Positions 34,921-42,795 of a DNA stretch of 58,398 nucleotides are shown in pieces. The DNA is from Thermodesulfobacteriota bacterium (lineage in GTDB: Bacteria > Desulfobacterota > Desulfobaccia > Desulfobaccales > 0-14-0-80-60-11): positions 1 to 58,398 of the forward strand of contig JBFLZI010000002.1 in the NCBI GenBank assembly GCA_040756315.1. Reading direction: 5' to 3'. The first letter of the stretch is position 1; each line of letters begins with the position of its first letter. Under the pieces are notes generated by a model. That model did not search any database and was not told the DNA's origin. It worked only from the letters and a program-made list of their open reading frames with translations. Both the position numbers and the translations under genes were made by a program.

Positions 34921-36189
34921 ATGAGCACCTGTCAGAGCCGCCAGTGCGGATCAGGCGGCGGCAAAACCCATCACCATGAAACCGAAGACGATTCCCGTCT
35001 TCAGGAACAACTCCGGCACATTCGCCACAAACTCTTAGTTATGAGCGGCAAGGGCGGCGTGGGCAAGACCAGCGTGGCCACCTACCTGGCCTTGGGCCTG
35101 GCCCAAAGAGGATATCAGGTGGGACTCTTGGACGTGGACCTGCACGGTCCGGACATCCCCCGGATGCTGGGCATCAGCGGCCGGTTCGAAATGGATGCCG
35201 AAGGGCATCTGCTGCCCCACCGTTACAGCGACCATCTCCAGGTGGTCTCCATCGAATGCCTGCTGCATGACCGGGACGAAGCGGTGATCTGGCGGGGTCC
35301 CCTCAAGCACAGCTACATCCAGCAGAGCCTGTCCCAGGTGAATTGGGGCGAGTTGGACTTCCTGGTCATCGACTCGCCTCCCGGCACCGGGGATGAGCCG
35401 CTGAGCGTGGCCCAGACCATCACCGGGGTTCAGGCCGTCGTGGTCACCACCCCTCAGGAGATCTCCCTGGCCGACGTACGCAAGGCCATCAATTTCTGCC
35501 GGAAAGTGGAGATGCCCATCCTGGGCCTGGTGGAGAACATGAGCGGCCTTATTTGCCCCCATTGCGGCAAAGAGATTCCCTTGTTCAGCCAGGGAGGCGG
35601 GCAGAAGACCGCGGAGTTGACGGCCGTGCCCCTCTTGGCCAGTCTTCCCTTTGATCTCAGGGTGGTGCAAGGCGGCGATGCGGGACGTCCCTTGCTGGAG
35701 TCCCAGGATGGGAGCCCTTTCATTCTTGCTTTGAGGCGTCTGCTGGATGAAGTGGAAAAGCATCTGAGTGGACCACAGGTAAAAATTCCCGAACCGACTG
35801 CAGAAATTAGAAAACCGGAGGCAATGTCAACTATGGCGAAGGCGGGAGATTATACCTTCAAAGCCGCGGTGCCCCTGGCGGGTGGGGTGCTGTGCAACCA
35901 TTTCGGCCATTGTGAGCAGTTTGCGGTGCTGCACGTGGCTGACGGCAAGATCAGCGCCACGGAAATGCATGTGCCGCCGCCCCATGAGCCCGGGGTTCTG
36001 CCCCGGTGGCTGGGAGATTTAGGCGTAAACCTCATCATCGCCGGAGGTATGGGGCAAAGGGCCCTGGGGCTGTTCGCCGAGCAGGGCATCCAGGTGATCA
36101 CCGGCGCCCCGAATCTGGAGCCTGAGGCTCTGGTGCAGAGCTATCTGGCCGGAAGCTTGACGACCGGACCCAATATCTGTGATCACTAA
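34921..36189 (+). CDS. Mrp/NBP35(ApbC)-type Fe-S cluster carrier ATPase fused to a C-terminal NifX-like domain
   Basis: MSGKGGVGKTS and CPHCG (the Mrp CxxC motif). The C-terminal part has NHFGHCEQFAVL...LIIAGGMGQRALGLFAEQGIQV, typical of Nitro_FeMo-Co. Confidence 0.88.
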   Translation: MSTCQSRQCGSGGGKTHHHETEDDSRLQEQLRHIRHKLLVMSGKGGVGKTSVATYLALGLAQRGYQVGLLDVDLHGPDIPRMLGISGRFEMDAEGHLLPHRYSDHLQVVSIECLLHDRDEAVIWRGPLKHSYIQQSLSQVNWGELDFLVIDSPPGTGDEPLSVAQTITGVQAVVVTTPQEISLADVRKAINFCRKVEMPILGLVENMSGLICPHCGKEIPLFSQGGGQKTAELTAVPLLASLPFDLRVVQGGDAGRPLLESQDGSPFILALRRLLDEVEKHLSGPQVKIPEPTAEIRKPEAMSTMAKAGDYTFKAAVPLAGGVLCNHFGHCEQFAVLHVADGKISATEMHVPPPHEPGVLPRWLGDLGVNLIIAGGMGQRALGLFAEQGIQVITGAPNLEPEALVQSYLAGSLTTGPNICDH

Positions 36190-36402
36190 GGCTATACCCA
36201 TCAACCCAATGATATTCACGGTGGTCCCATAGGGCTTCTCCCTGGCGGGAGGTTGAGGGTTTGTTTTTTTCCCTGGGCATGGAAAACCTCCCTCTTCATG
36301 ACCGAACTCCCGCCAGGGAGAATTTTGGCGGTAAACCTTCCTCAAAGCTGCTTTTAGGGGATTTGGGCAAGATCTTCTTATGAAGACTTAAAGGAGAGCG
36401 CG

Positions 36403-36765
36403 GTGAAGATTGCCATAAGCGCCAACGGACCTGGTCTGGAGGCCCAGGTGGACCCCCGCTTCGGGCGGGCGGCCTACTTTCTCCTGGTGGATCCGGAAAC
36501 CCTGGAATTCGAGGTAGTCCCCAATCTGCCGAACCTCCAGGCGGCCCAGGGTGCCGGCATCCAGGCGGCCACCCTGGTGGCCCGCCATCGGCCGGCCGCG
36601 GTCCTCACGGGCCACTGCGGGCCGAAGGCTTTTTACACCCTGGAGGCCGCGGGCATCCCGGTGATCGTGGGTGTGGAAGGGTCGGTGCGGGAAGCGGTGG
36701 AGAACTACCAAACCGGAAAATTCCGTCCTGCCGGGGGGCCCAACGTCGCCAGCCATTGGGGCTGA
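36403..36765 (+). CDS. stand-alone NifX/NifB-like (Nitro_FeMo-Co family) cluster-binding protein, ORP-like size
   Basis: 120 aa. MKIAISANG..VDPRFGRAAYFLLVD...AVLTGHCGPKAF..LEAAGIPV. GTG start with AAGGAGA. Confidence 0.85.
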   Translation: MKIAISANGPGLEAQVDPRFGRAAYFLLVDPETLEFEVVPNLPNLQAAQGAGIQAATLVARHRPAAVLTGHCGPKAFYTLEAAGIPVIVGVEGSVREAVENYQTGKFRPAGGPNVASHWG

Positions 36766-36883
36766 TCTGAAGGGAAAGGGGCCTTCTTGAAGTTCCATTA
36801 AAAAGCCTTACCTTTTGAACAAAGACTCAAAAAACGGATAGCGACTCCCAAGGAAACTATCCTCAAAAAGGGAGGTAAGAGAC

Positions 36884-37135
36884 ATGGTGCCCCCGGAAAA
36901 GGAAATGACCATGGAATGCGCCCTGTGCGGCTATAGCGCCTCAGGGAAGTTTGTGGGGGATATCTGTCCCCAGTGCAACCTGACCTACTGGCGTTGCAGC
37001 AATTGCCGCTACACCCTCACCGCGGCCCAGCCCCCGGAAGTCTGTCCCAGTTGTCAGCAGAAATGCGATTTCCTCAACATCACCTGCTACACCCCGGAAT
37101 GCGGCGGCCCCGGGCATATTGACCCCAAGCTCTAG
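36884..37135 (+). CDS. Cys-rich multi-zinc-ribbon/rubredoxin-like small protein
   Basis: 83 aa with four CxxC pairs (CALCG, CPQC, CSNC, CPSC) plus extra Cys residues. RBS GGGAGG. Confidence 0.65.
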   Translation: MVPPEKEMTMECALCGYSASGKFVGDICPQCNLTYWRCSNCRYTLTAAQPPEVCPSCQQKCDFLNITCYTPECGGPGHIDPKL

Positions 37136-37203
37136 GTCAGGATCACCAGCCGGCTTGATTTGTGAGGCTCTCAGAGAGCTTGCCGCTTTAAGGATCGGCA
37201 AAG

Positions 37204-37845
37204 ATGAAGCTCACCATCGTTTATGACAATGAGGTGGATCAAGCCGGCCTGGAGGCCGATTGGGGGTTTGCCTGCCTGGTGGAGGCGGACGGCCGGCGGT
37301 TGCTCTTTGACACCGGGGCCAGAGGGGCGCTGTTGGTGCACAACCTGGAGAAGCTCCATCTGGCTCCGGGGCAGATCCCGGAAATTTTCATCTCCCACGA
37401 TCATTGGGACCACCTGGGGGGCCTGGAGGAAATTCTCCGGCTCAACCCGCAAGCCACGGTTTTCCTCCCCAAGTCCTGCTGCGAGACTTTTGCGGCCCGG
37501 CAGGTGGTCAGGGTCCAGGGGGCCTGCGGCCTCTCCCGGATTTTCTTTTCCACCGGGGAACTGCGCAACGTGGAGCAATCCCTGGTGGTCAAGACGAACG
37601 GCGGCCTGGTAGTAATTTGCGGCTGTTCTCACCCCGGAGTGGGACCTATCCTGGCAGCCGCCTCTCAGTTCGGACGAGTCTCGGCTCTGGTGGGCGGCCT
37701 GCACGGTTTCCGGGAATTCGAGCAGCTCGCTGACCTGGCCCTGGTCTGCCCCTGCCATTGCACCAGGCACAAAGAGGAAATTATGGCGCTCTTTCCGAAG
37801 ACCGCGGTGCGTGGCGGGGCCGGCAAAGTACTGGAGATTCACTAG
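37204..37845 (+). CDS. MBL-fold metallo-hydrolase (short COG1237-like form)
   Basis: FDTGARG, and the metal motif [10 protein letters not shown]. Confidence 0.8.
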   Translation: MKLTIVYDNEVDQAGLEADWGFACLVEADGRRLLFDTGARGALLVHNLEKLHLAPGQIPEIFISHDHWDHLGGLEEILRLNPQATVFLPKSCCETFAARQVVRVQGACGLSRIFFSTGELRNVEQSLVVKTNGGLVVICGCSHPGVGPILAAASQFGRVSALVGGLHGFREFEQLADLALVCPCHCTRHKEEIMALFPKTAVRGGAGKVLEIH

Positions 37846-38089
37846 CAAGAAGGCGGCTCTGGTCCAAAGGGAAGGGAGTCTTGGCAACCCGCCCCTTGAC
37901 CTGGAATCAACCGTCCGGGTGGATGGCGTTCCAAAAAATGGACTTTGCGGTTTAAGGGAAGAGAGGCAGAAGAAGATGGCGGAACAACCTTCAGATAAGT
38001 GCGTGAGCCCGGCTAAGGGGCCGATCCTGACCAAGAAGACCGGACAAGCGGAAGGCTCCGGCATTTCACCTGGCAGGGAGGAACAGAAG

Positions 38090-38683
38090 ATGGGAGCGAA
38101 AGTCGGCAAACCGGCCCCGGACTTTGAGGCCGCGGCCTTTATCAATGGTGGTTTCAAAAACATCAAGCTCTCCGATTATAAAGGAAAATGGGTAGTGCTG
38201 TGCTTTTATCCGGGTGATTTCACCTTTGTCTGACCCACGGAACTGGCGGCAGTTGCCGCCAGATATAAAGAGTTTCAGGACTTGGGGGTAGAATTCCTGT
38301 CCATCAGCACCGACAGCCGCTTCAGTCATAAGATTTGGCAGGAAGAAGAGCTAAGCAAAATGGTGCCCGGCGGGATTCCCTTCCCCATGTTATCTGACCC
38401 CATGGGACTCATCGGGCAGGTGTACGGCGTCTTTGATGAGGAAGGCGGGGTGGATATCCGGGGCCGGTTTATCATTGATCCGGATGGCGTCATTCAAGCC
38501 GCGGAAACCTTGAGTCCACCGGTGGGCCGCAATCCTGCCGAGTTGCTCCGGCAGATCAAGGCTTATCAGCATGTCCGGGCCACCGGGGAAGTCTGCCCTT
38601 CAGGTTGGCAGCCGGGAAAATCTACTTTGAAGCCCGGTCCCGCCCTGGTAGGGAAAGTCTATCAGTGCTGGCAGCCGGAATAG
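38090..38683 (+). CDS. 2-Cys peroxiredoxin (AhpC/Prx family) with selenocysteine (TGA 38231-38233) at the peroxidatic position
   Basis: Two same-frame track ORFs join through one TGA. The joined sequence [16 protein letters not shown] matches the Prx motif FYPxDFTFVCPTE. Resolving-Cys region EVCPSGW. RBS GGGAGG 9 nt before the ATG. A hairpin lies downstream of the TGA. Confidence 0.85.
38243..38262 (+). promoter_or_regulatory. candidate bacterial SECIS hairpin (Prx)
   Basis: CTGGCGGC-AGTT-GCCGCCAG. Perfect 8-bp stem with GU in the loop. Starts 10 nt after the TGA. Confidence 0.65.
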
Positions 38684-38761
38684 GCTTGCCGACGGCCCAT
38701 GAGCACAAGTGCGGGCTGCGGTTGTCTGTGCTTAATTTACTTTTAGCCAAGGAGAACCACC

Positions 38762-39022
38762 ATGAAAGGCAAGCACGAACATAAGCATTTGCACTCCCAT
38801 GAACACACGCACGTCCACGGTCATGAGCACCGGCATGGAGACGAAGTCCACCTGCATGAGCACGCCCATACGCACACCCACGAGCATTTGCACGAGCACT
38901 CCCACGAGCATAGCCATGCCCAAGACTCCCACGTGCACGACCATGAGCACTCCGGGGAGCATGGTCCTCATGACCATGAGCATCCGGCCCACGACGCGGA
39001 GATGCACGAACATTCGCATTGA
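38762..39022 (+). CDS. histidine-rich metal-binding protein
   Basis: 86 aa, of which 35 are His, mostly as alternating HxH. RBS AAGGAGA. Lies upstream of a ZIP transporter gene. Confidence 0.75.
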   Translation: MKGKHEHKHLHSHEHTHVHGHEHRHGDEVHLHEHAHTHTHEHLHEHSHEHSHAQDSHVHDHEHSGEHGPHDHEHPAHDAEMHEHSH

Positions 39023-39135
39023 CCAGATTACTGCGCCTGGATCAAAGGCTGGGGCCCCGGATGCCAACGGAGGCCCGAAAAGGAAGGCATCTTTAATGGC
39101 CTCCGGCTTAAGGCCTTAGCCAAGGGGGCGAGATC

Positions 39136-39450
39136 ATGCCGAGATATTATGGTCCACGTCAGTATGCCAGAGGTCCTGGCTGGGGACGGGGCTTCGGGTT
39201 CGGGAGGGGATACGGCGGCGGTTGGTGTTGGTGGCCGCGGCGATCCTGGTGTCTGGGCTGGGGAGGGTGGGGGCCGCCCCCCTTTTGGGAGGCTGGCCCA
39301 TATGGACCCGGGCCTTATTGGGAAGAGCCGCCCTATGAATCTCCTCAAGAGGAACTGGCCGACCTTAAAGAGCAGGAAGCATCTCTCCGGAAGGAATTAG
39401 CAGCCGTTCAGACACGCCTGGCCGAACTGGAGAAAGAGGCCTCGGGTTAG
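39136..39450 (+). CDS. DUF5320-like protein: Gly/Arg/Trp-rich N-terminal region plus C-terminal coiled coil
   Basis: MPRYYGPRQYARGPGWGRGFGFGRGYGGG... followed by ELADLKEQEASLRKELAAVQTRLAELEKE. Paralog of the ORF at 45200. Confidence 0.7.
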   Translation: MPRYYGPRQYARGPGWGRGFGFGRGYGGGWCWWPRRSWCLGWGGWGPPPFWEAGPYGPGPYWEEPPYESPQEELADLKEQEASLRKELAAVQTRLAELEKEASG

Positions 39451-39528
39451 TGAGACCGGAACCCTAGCCTTCCCGGTGGGGGAAGCGCCGATCCCGGCAC
39501 CGGGGGCGACAGAAAGGCGGATTCGGCA

Positions 39529-40266
39529 ATGCTGGCCTGGATCATCTTTTTCAGCCTGCTGGGAAGCGTGGGGGCTCTCTTGGGGGCGGCCCTGGTCCTG
39601 ATCTTGCCGGAAAAGTTCCGGAAATTTCTGGTGGCCAACCTGATCAGCTACGCCACCGGCACCCTCCTGGGCGCGGTATTCCTCGGCCTGGTGCCCAGAG
39701 CCTTGCAAGAGTCTCCTTCCCCCAGGATACTGGTTTGGCTTTTAGGGGGTATCCTCTTCTTTTTCGTCATGGAGAAGCTGATCCTCTGGCGCCACTGCCA
39801 CCTGCCCGACTGCGACGTTCACGCCAGCGCCGGCCCTCTCCTGCTTATCGGGGACGCGGTCCACAATTTTACCGACGGGGTGATCATCGCCGGGGCCTTT
39901 CTCCTGTCGATGCCTTTAGGCATCGCCACCGGCCTGGCGGTGGTTTCCCACGAAGTGCCCCAGGAGCTGGGAGACTTCGCCATCCTGCTGGAGAGCGGCT
40001 ATTCCCGGGGCCAGGCCCTCGGTTACAACCTGATTTCCGCCCTGGCCACGCTGCCCGGCGCTCTTTTGGGGTACTATTTTTTGGCCCACCTGATGCAGGT
40101 GGTGCCCTATATCCTGTTAATGGGGGCGGCCAGTTTCCTGTATATCGCCCTGGCGGATCTGACCCCGTATCTCCACCGGCGCTTCGGGTTGACGGACAGC
40201 CTGCTCCAGCTTGGCTTAATCCTGGGCGGCATCGCCACCATCTGGCTGTTCCATACCGGGAGTTAA
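39529..40266 (+). CDS. ZIP-family (ZupT-like) divalent metal transporter
   Basis: Multi-pass membrane protein with HNFTDG and SHEVPQELGDF motifs. Confidence 0.88.
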   Translation: MLAWIIFFSLLGSVGALLGAALVLILPEKFRKFLVANLISYATGTLLGAVFLGLVPRALQESPSPRILVWLLGGILFFFVMEKLILWRHCHLPDCDVHASAGPLLLIGDAVHNFTDGVIIAGAFLLSMPLGIATGLAVVSHEVPQELGDFAILLESGYSRGQALGYNLISALATLPGALLGYYFLAHLMQVVPYILLMGAASFLYIALADLTPYLHRRFGLTDSLLQLGLILGGIATIWLFHTGS

Positions 40267-40299
40267 ATTCGCTTGGGGAAAAATTCCCTCGATTTGGCT

Positions 40300-41439
40300 A
40301 TGTGGGCGCGGCTCAAATCTTTTTTGGATTATTGTCAGAGGGTGTGTGGCTTAGAAGCGCCTCGCTGGCAATATCTCCAGGTGGAGGTAACCACGCGCTG
40401 CAACCTGGCGGGGTGCGCCATGTGTCCCCGCACCGCCTGGCCGGAAAGGTGGCAGGCCCGGGATCTGGCCTGGGAAACCTGGGAAGCCCTCATGCCGTCT
40501 CTGAAATTTTTCTCTCAGGTCCATTTAGGCGGCTGGGGGGAACCGCTTTTGCATCCCCGGCTTTGGGATCTGGTCCAGGGCTTGCGGTCTCAAAGGGTGG
40601 AAGTCAGCTTGACCACCAATGGCGTCGGCTTGAGGGAAGAAGCGCGGACGCAAATCCTGGAGCATCTTAATCTGGTTACCATCTCCTTGGATGGGGCCCA
40701 GGCGAAAACTTATGGGAGACTACGTCCCGGCGGCGATTTTTATCGGATCATTGGAAACATCGCCGCGCTTTGCTCCCGGAAGCAATCCCTGGGACTAGCG
40801 AGGCCGAAGGTGGTGCTGCGGTTTTTGAAGATGCGTCCGAACCTGGCGGAATTGCCCGAGTTTCTCAGATTAGCCGCCTCCCTGGGGGTGGACCGGGTTG
40901 ACGCCCCCAACCTGGCCTTTATTCCGGTCCCGGCAATGGAGCCTTTGAGTCTTTTGTCTCCCGGTCCGCCGGACTCCCGGATCAAGGCCATACAGCAGGA
41001 AGCCGAAAGGGAGGCCTGGGCCTTGAAATTGCCCTTCCGGAACTTCAGCCTCTCCCCCAATTTTAACCTGAGAGTCTGTGAGGCCAATCCCCTGGGCCAG
41101 GCCTTCGTCACCGTCTCCGGGGAGGTGGCCCCCTGCGCTTATTTGGGGCTTCCCGTTAACGGCTCATTTACACGTCGGTACTTCAACAAGTCTTATCAGA
41201 CCGGCAATTATTCCTATGGGAATGCCCGGGAGCACGGCTTGCTAAAACTTTACCAGCAACCGGCCTATCTTAACTTTATTGATTATTTTCGGAGTCCGGC
41301 GGAGATATTTGCTCTCTTGCAACCGGTCAGAGACGCTGACCGGCCAGCGGCTGAACCGTCCGGGGCAAGTCCGGTTGCCACCGCCTTAGGCCGCTGGCCG
41401 CCACCCTGTCAGGGGTGCCTGAAAAGCTTGGGGGTTTAG
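40300..41439 (+). CDS. radical SAM protein with SPASM/twitch-like C-terminal domain and a non-canonical Cx4Cx2C cluster motif
   Basis: VEVTTRCNLAGCAMCPR, GGWGEPLLHP. The C-terminal part has CEANPLGQAFVTVSGEVAPC ... PPCQGC. Start uncertain (TTG 40273 or ATG 40300). Confidence 0.75.
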   Translation: MWARLKSFLDYCQRVCGLEAPRWQYLQVEVTTRCNLAGCAMCPRTAWPERWQARDLAWETWEALMPSLKFFSQVHLGGWGEPLLHPRLWDLVQGLRSQRVEVSLTTNGVGLREEARTQILEHLNLVTISLDGAQAKTYGRLRPGGDFYRIIGNIAALCSRKQSLGLARPKVVLRFLKMRPNLAELPEFLRLAASLGVDRVDAPNLAFIPVPAMEPLSLLSPGPPDSRIKAIQQEAEREAWALKLPFRNFSLSPNFNLRVCEANPLGQAFVTVSGEVAPCAYLGLPVNGSFTRRYFNKSYQTGNYSYGNAREHGLLKLYQQPAYLNFIDYFRSPAEIFALLQPVRDADRPAAEPSGASPVATALGRWPPPCQGCLKSLGV

Positions 41440-41534
41440 GTCCAGGTGGAGACTTATTCAGACCGATAAATGCCGGCTGTTGAGTTGATTGAGGCAAGTG
41501 GTGAATATCACCGGAGGGACCCGGAGGGTTAGAA

Positions 41535-42710
41535 ATGTTTAATGTGCCTGAACTAGCAGACAAGATCTATTTCCTGGGAGCCAGGGATTGGCATCGCCGT
41601 ATCTTTGATGCTCTTATCCCCCTGCCCCAGGGGACGACATATAATGCCTACCTGGTCAAAGGCAGCGACCAAACAGCCCTGATTGATACAGTAAATCCTG
41701 GTTTTGAGCCGGAGTTGCTTGCCAGACTCTCCCAGGTCATGGAGCCGGGGGAGCTGGATTATGTGGTGATGAACCACGCGGAGCCGGACCATGCCGGAGC
41801 CATTCCGGCCGTCTTACAGGCCAGCCCCAGGGCCAAATTGATCACTACCGCCAAGGGCGCGAGTATGGCCCGCACCTATTTTCAGACCCCGGAAGAGAGA
41901 ATCATGGTGGTGAAAGACAGCGATACCGTCACCCTGGGCGATAAAACCCTGCGCTTTCTGGAGGCCCCCTGGCTCCACTGGCCGGAAACCATGTTTACCT
42001 ATGCGGTAGAGGAACGGGTGCTTTTTTCCTGTGACTTCTTCGGCGCCCATACTGCCTTCGGATTGTATGAGGATGAGGTGGAGGACCTGCCGGTTTTGGC
42101 CAAGAGGTACTTCGGTGAAATCATGATGCCCTTCCGCCTGCCAGGGCAAAAGGCTCTGCGGAAGCTGGCCGATCTGGAGATCGGCCTCATCGCCCCCAGC
42201 CACGGCCCCGTTTACCGGAATCCTAAAAAAATTCTGGCCGCTTATCAAGACTGGACGTCAGGCGTTACCGGTGAAAAAGCGACCCTGGTATATGCCAGCA
42301 TGTGGCAATCCACCGAGAAGATGGTTTTTCACCTGGCGGAAGTTTTTCAGGCCGAGGCCATACAGGTCTGCCTCTATAACCTGGTTAATGCGGATTTGGG
42401 CGATATTGCCAAAGACCTGGTAGATTCCCGGGCCTTGGTCCTCGGCACCCCCACAGTTTTAGGGGGCATGCATCCCCTGGCCCTTTTTGGAGCCTACCTG
42501 GTGAAAGCTTTACGTCCTCCGGCAAAGTATGGGGCAGTGCTTAGCTCCTATGGCTGGGGCGGCGGGGCCCTGCGTCAAATTTCCGAAATCCTCTCCGGCA
42601 CTAACATTGAGTTGGCAGGCGCCGTGGAGGTTTTGGGACCGCCCACCGCAGAAACCCTGGAGCAAGTGGAGGGTCTGGGTCATAAACTCGCGGGCAAAAT
42701 TAAGGGTTAA
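41535..42710 (+). CDS. flavodiiron protein (FprA/ROO-type O2/NO reductase)
   Basis: MBL-like diiron motif NHAEPDHAG, then a flavodoxin-like C-terminal domain. RBS GGAGGG. Confidence 0.88.
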   Translation: MFNVPELADKIYFLGARDWHRRIFDALIPLPQGTTYNAYLVKGSDQTALIDTVNPGFEPELLARLSQVMEPGELDYVVMNHAEPDHAGAIPAVLQASPRAKLITTAKGASMARTYFQTPEERIMVVKDSDTVTLGDKTLRFLEAPWLHWPETMFTYAVEERVLFSCDFFGAHTAFGLYEDEVEDLPVLAKRYFGEIMMPFRLPGQKALRKLADLEIGLIAPSHGPVYRNPKKILAAYQDWTSGVTGEKATLVYASMWQSTEKMVFHLAEVFQAEAIQVCLYNLVNADLGDIAKDLVDSRALVLGTPTVLGGMHPLALFGAYLVKALRPPAKYGAVLSSYGWGGGALRQISEILSGTNIELAGAVEVLGPPTAETLEQVEGLGHKLAGKIKG

Positions 42711-42795
42711 AAAAAATAGTCAAGATCAGCGACAGGGCAGGCTGGCTCACTAATTAACTTACCTTTCCTGAGAAGCAACGGGTTTAAGACACGTT

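Noticed and set aside
36240-36300. GGGAGGTT...AACCTCCC stem with an internal T-run between the Mrp-NifX and NifX genes, and a similar GAGAGGTTTGTTTTTTCCCT string at about 47905
   Set aside because: The shared string is short and the inner stems are only 4-5 bp. I cannot distinguish an attenuator from chance in T-rich spacer DNA.
37811-38089. N-terminal extension of the peroxiredoxin frame (93 extra codons; also an internal ATG at about 37976)
   Set aside because: Prx proteins start a few residues before the APDF motif. ATG 38090 has a strong GGGAGG RBS. The extension overlaps the MBL hydrolase gene end and has no family similarity.
38732-39067. 111-aa Val/Met-rich ORF on the minus strand
   Set aside because: It is the exact antisense of the His-rich gene: CAC/CAT codons read backwards give GTG/ATG. 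It has no RBS. The sense gene has AAGGAGA and a sensible genomic context.
39735-40670. 311-aa ORF spanning the ZIP transporter and the start of the radical SAM gene
   Set aside because: It is an alternative frame of two well-supported genes. Its Arg/Pro/Gly-rich composition is typical of off-frame translation in high-GC DNA.
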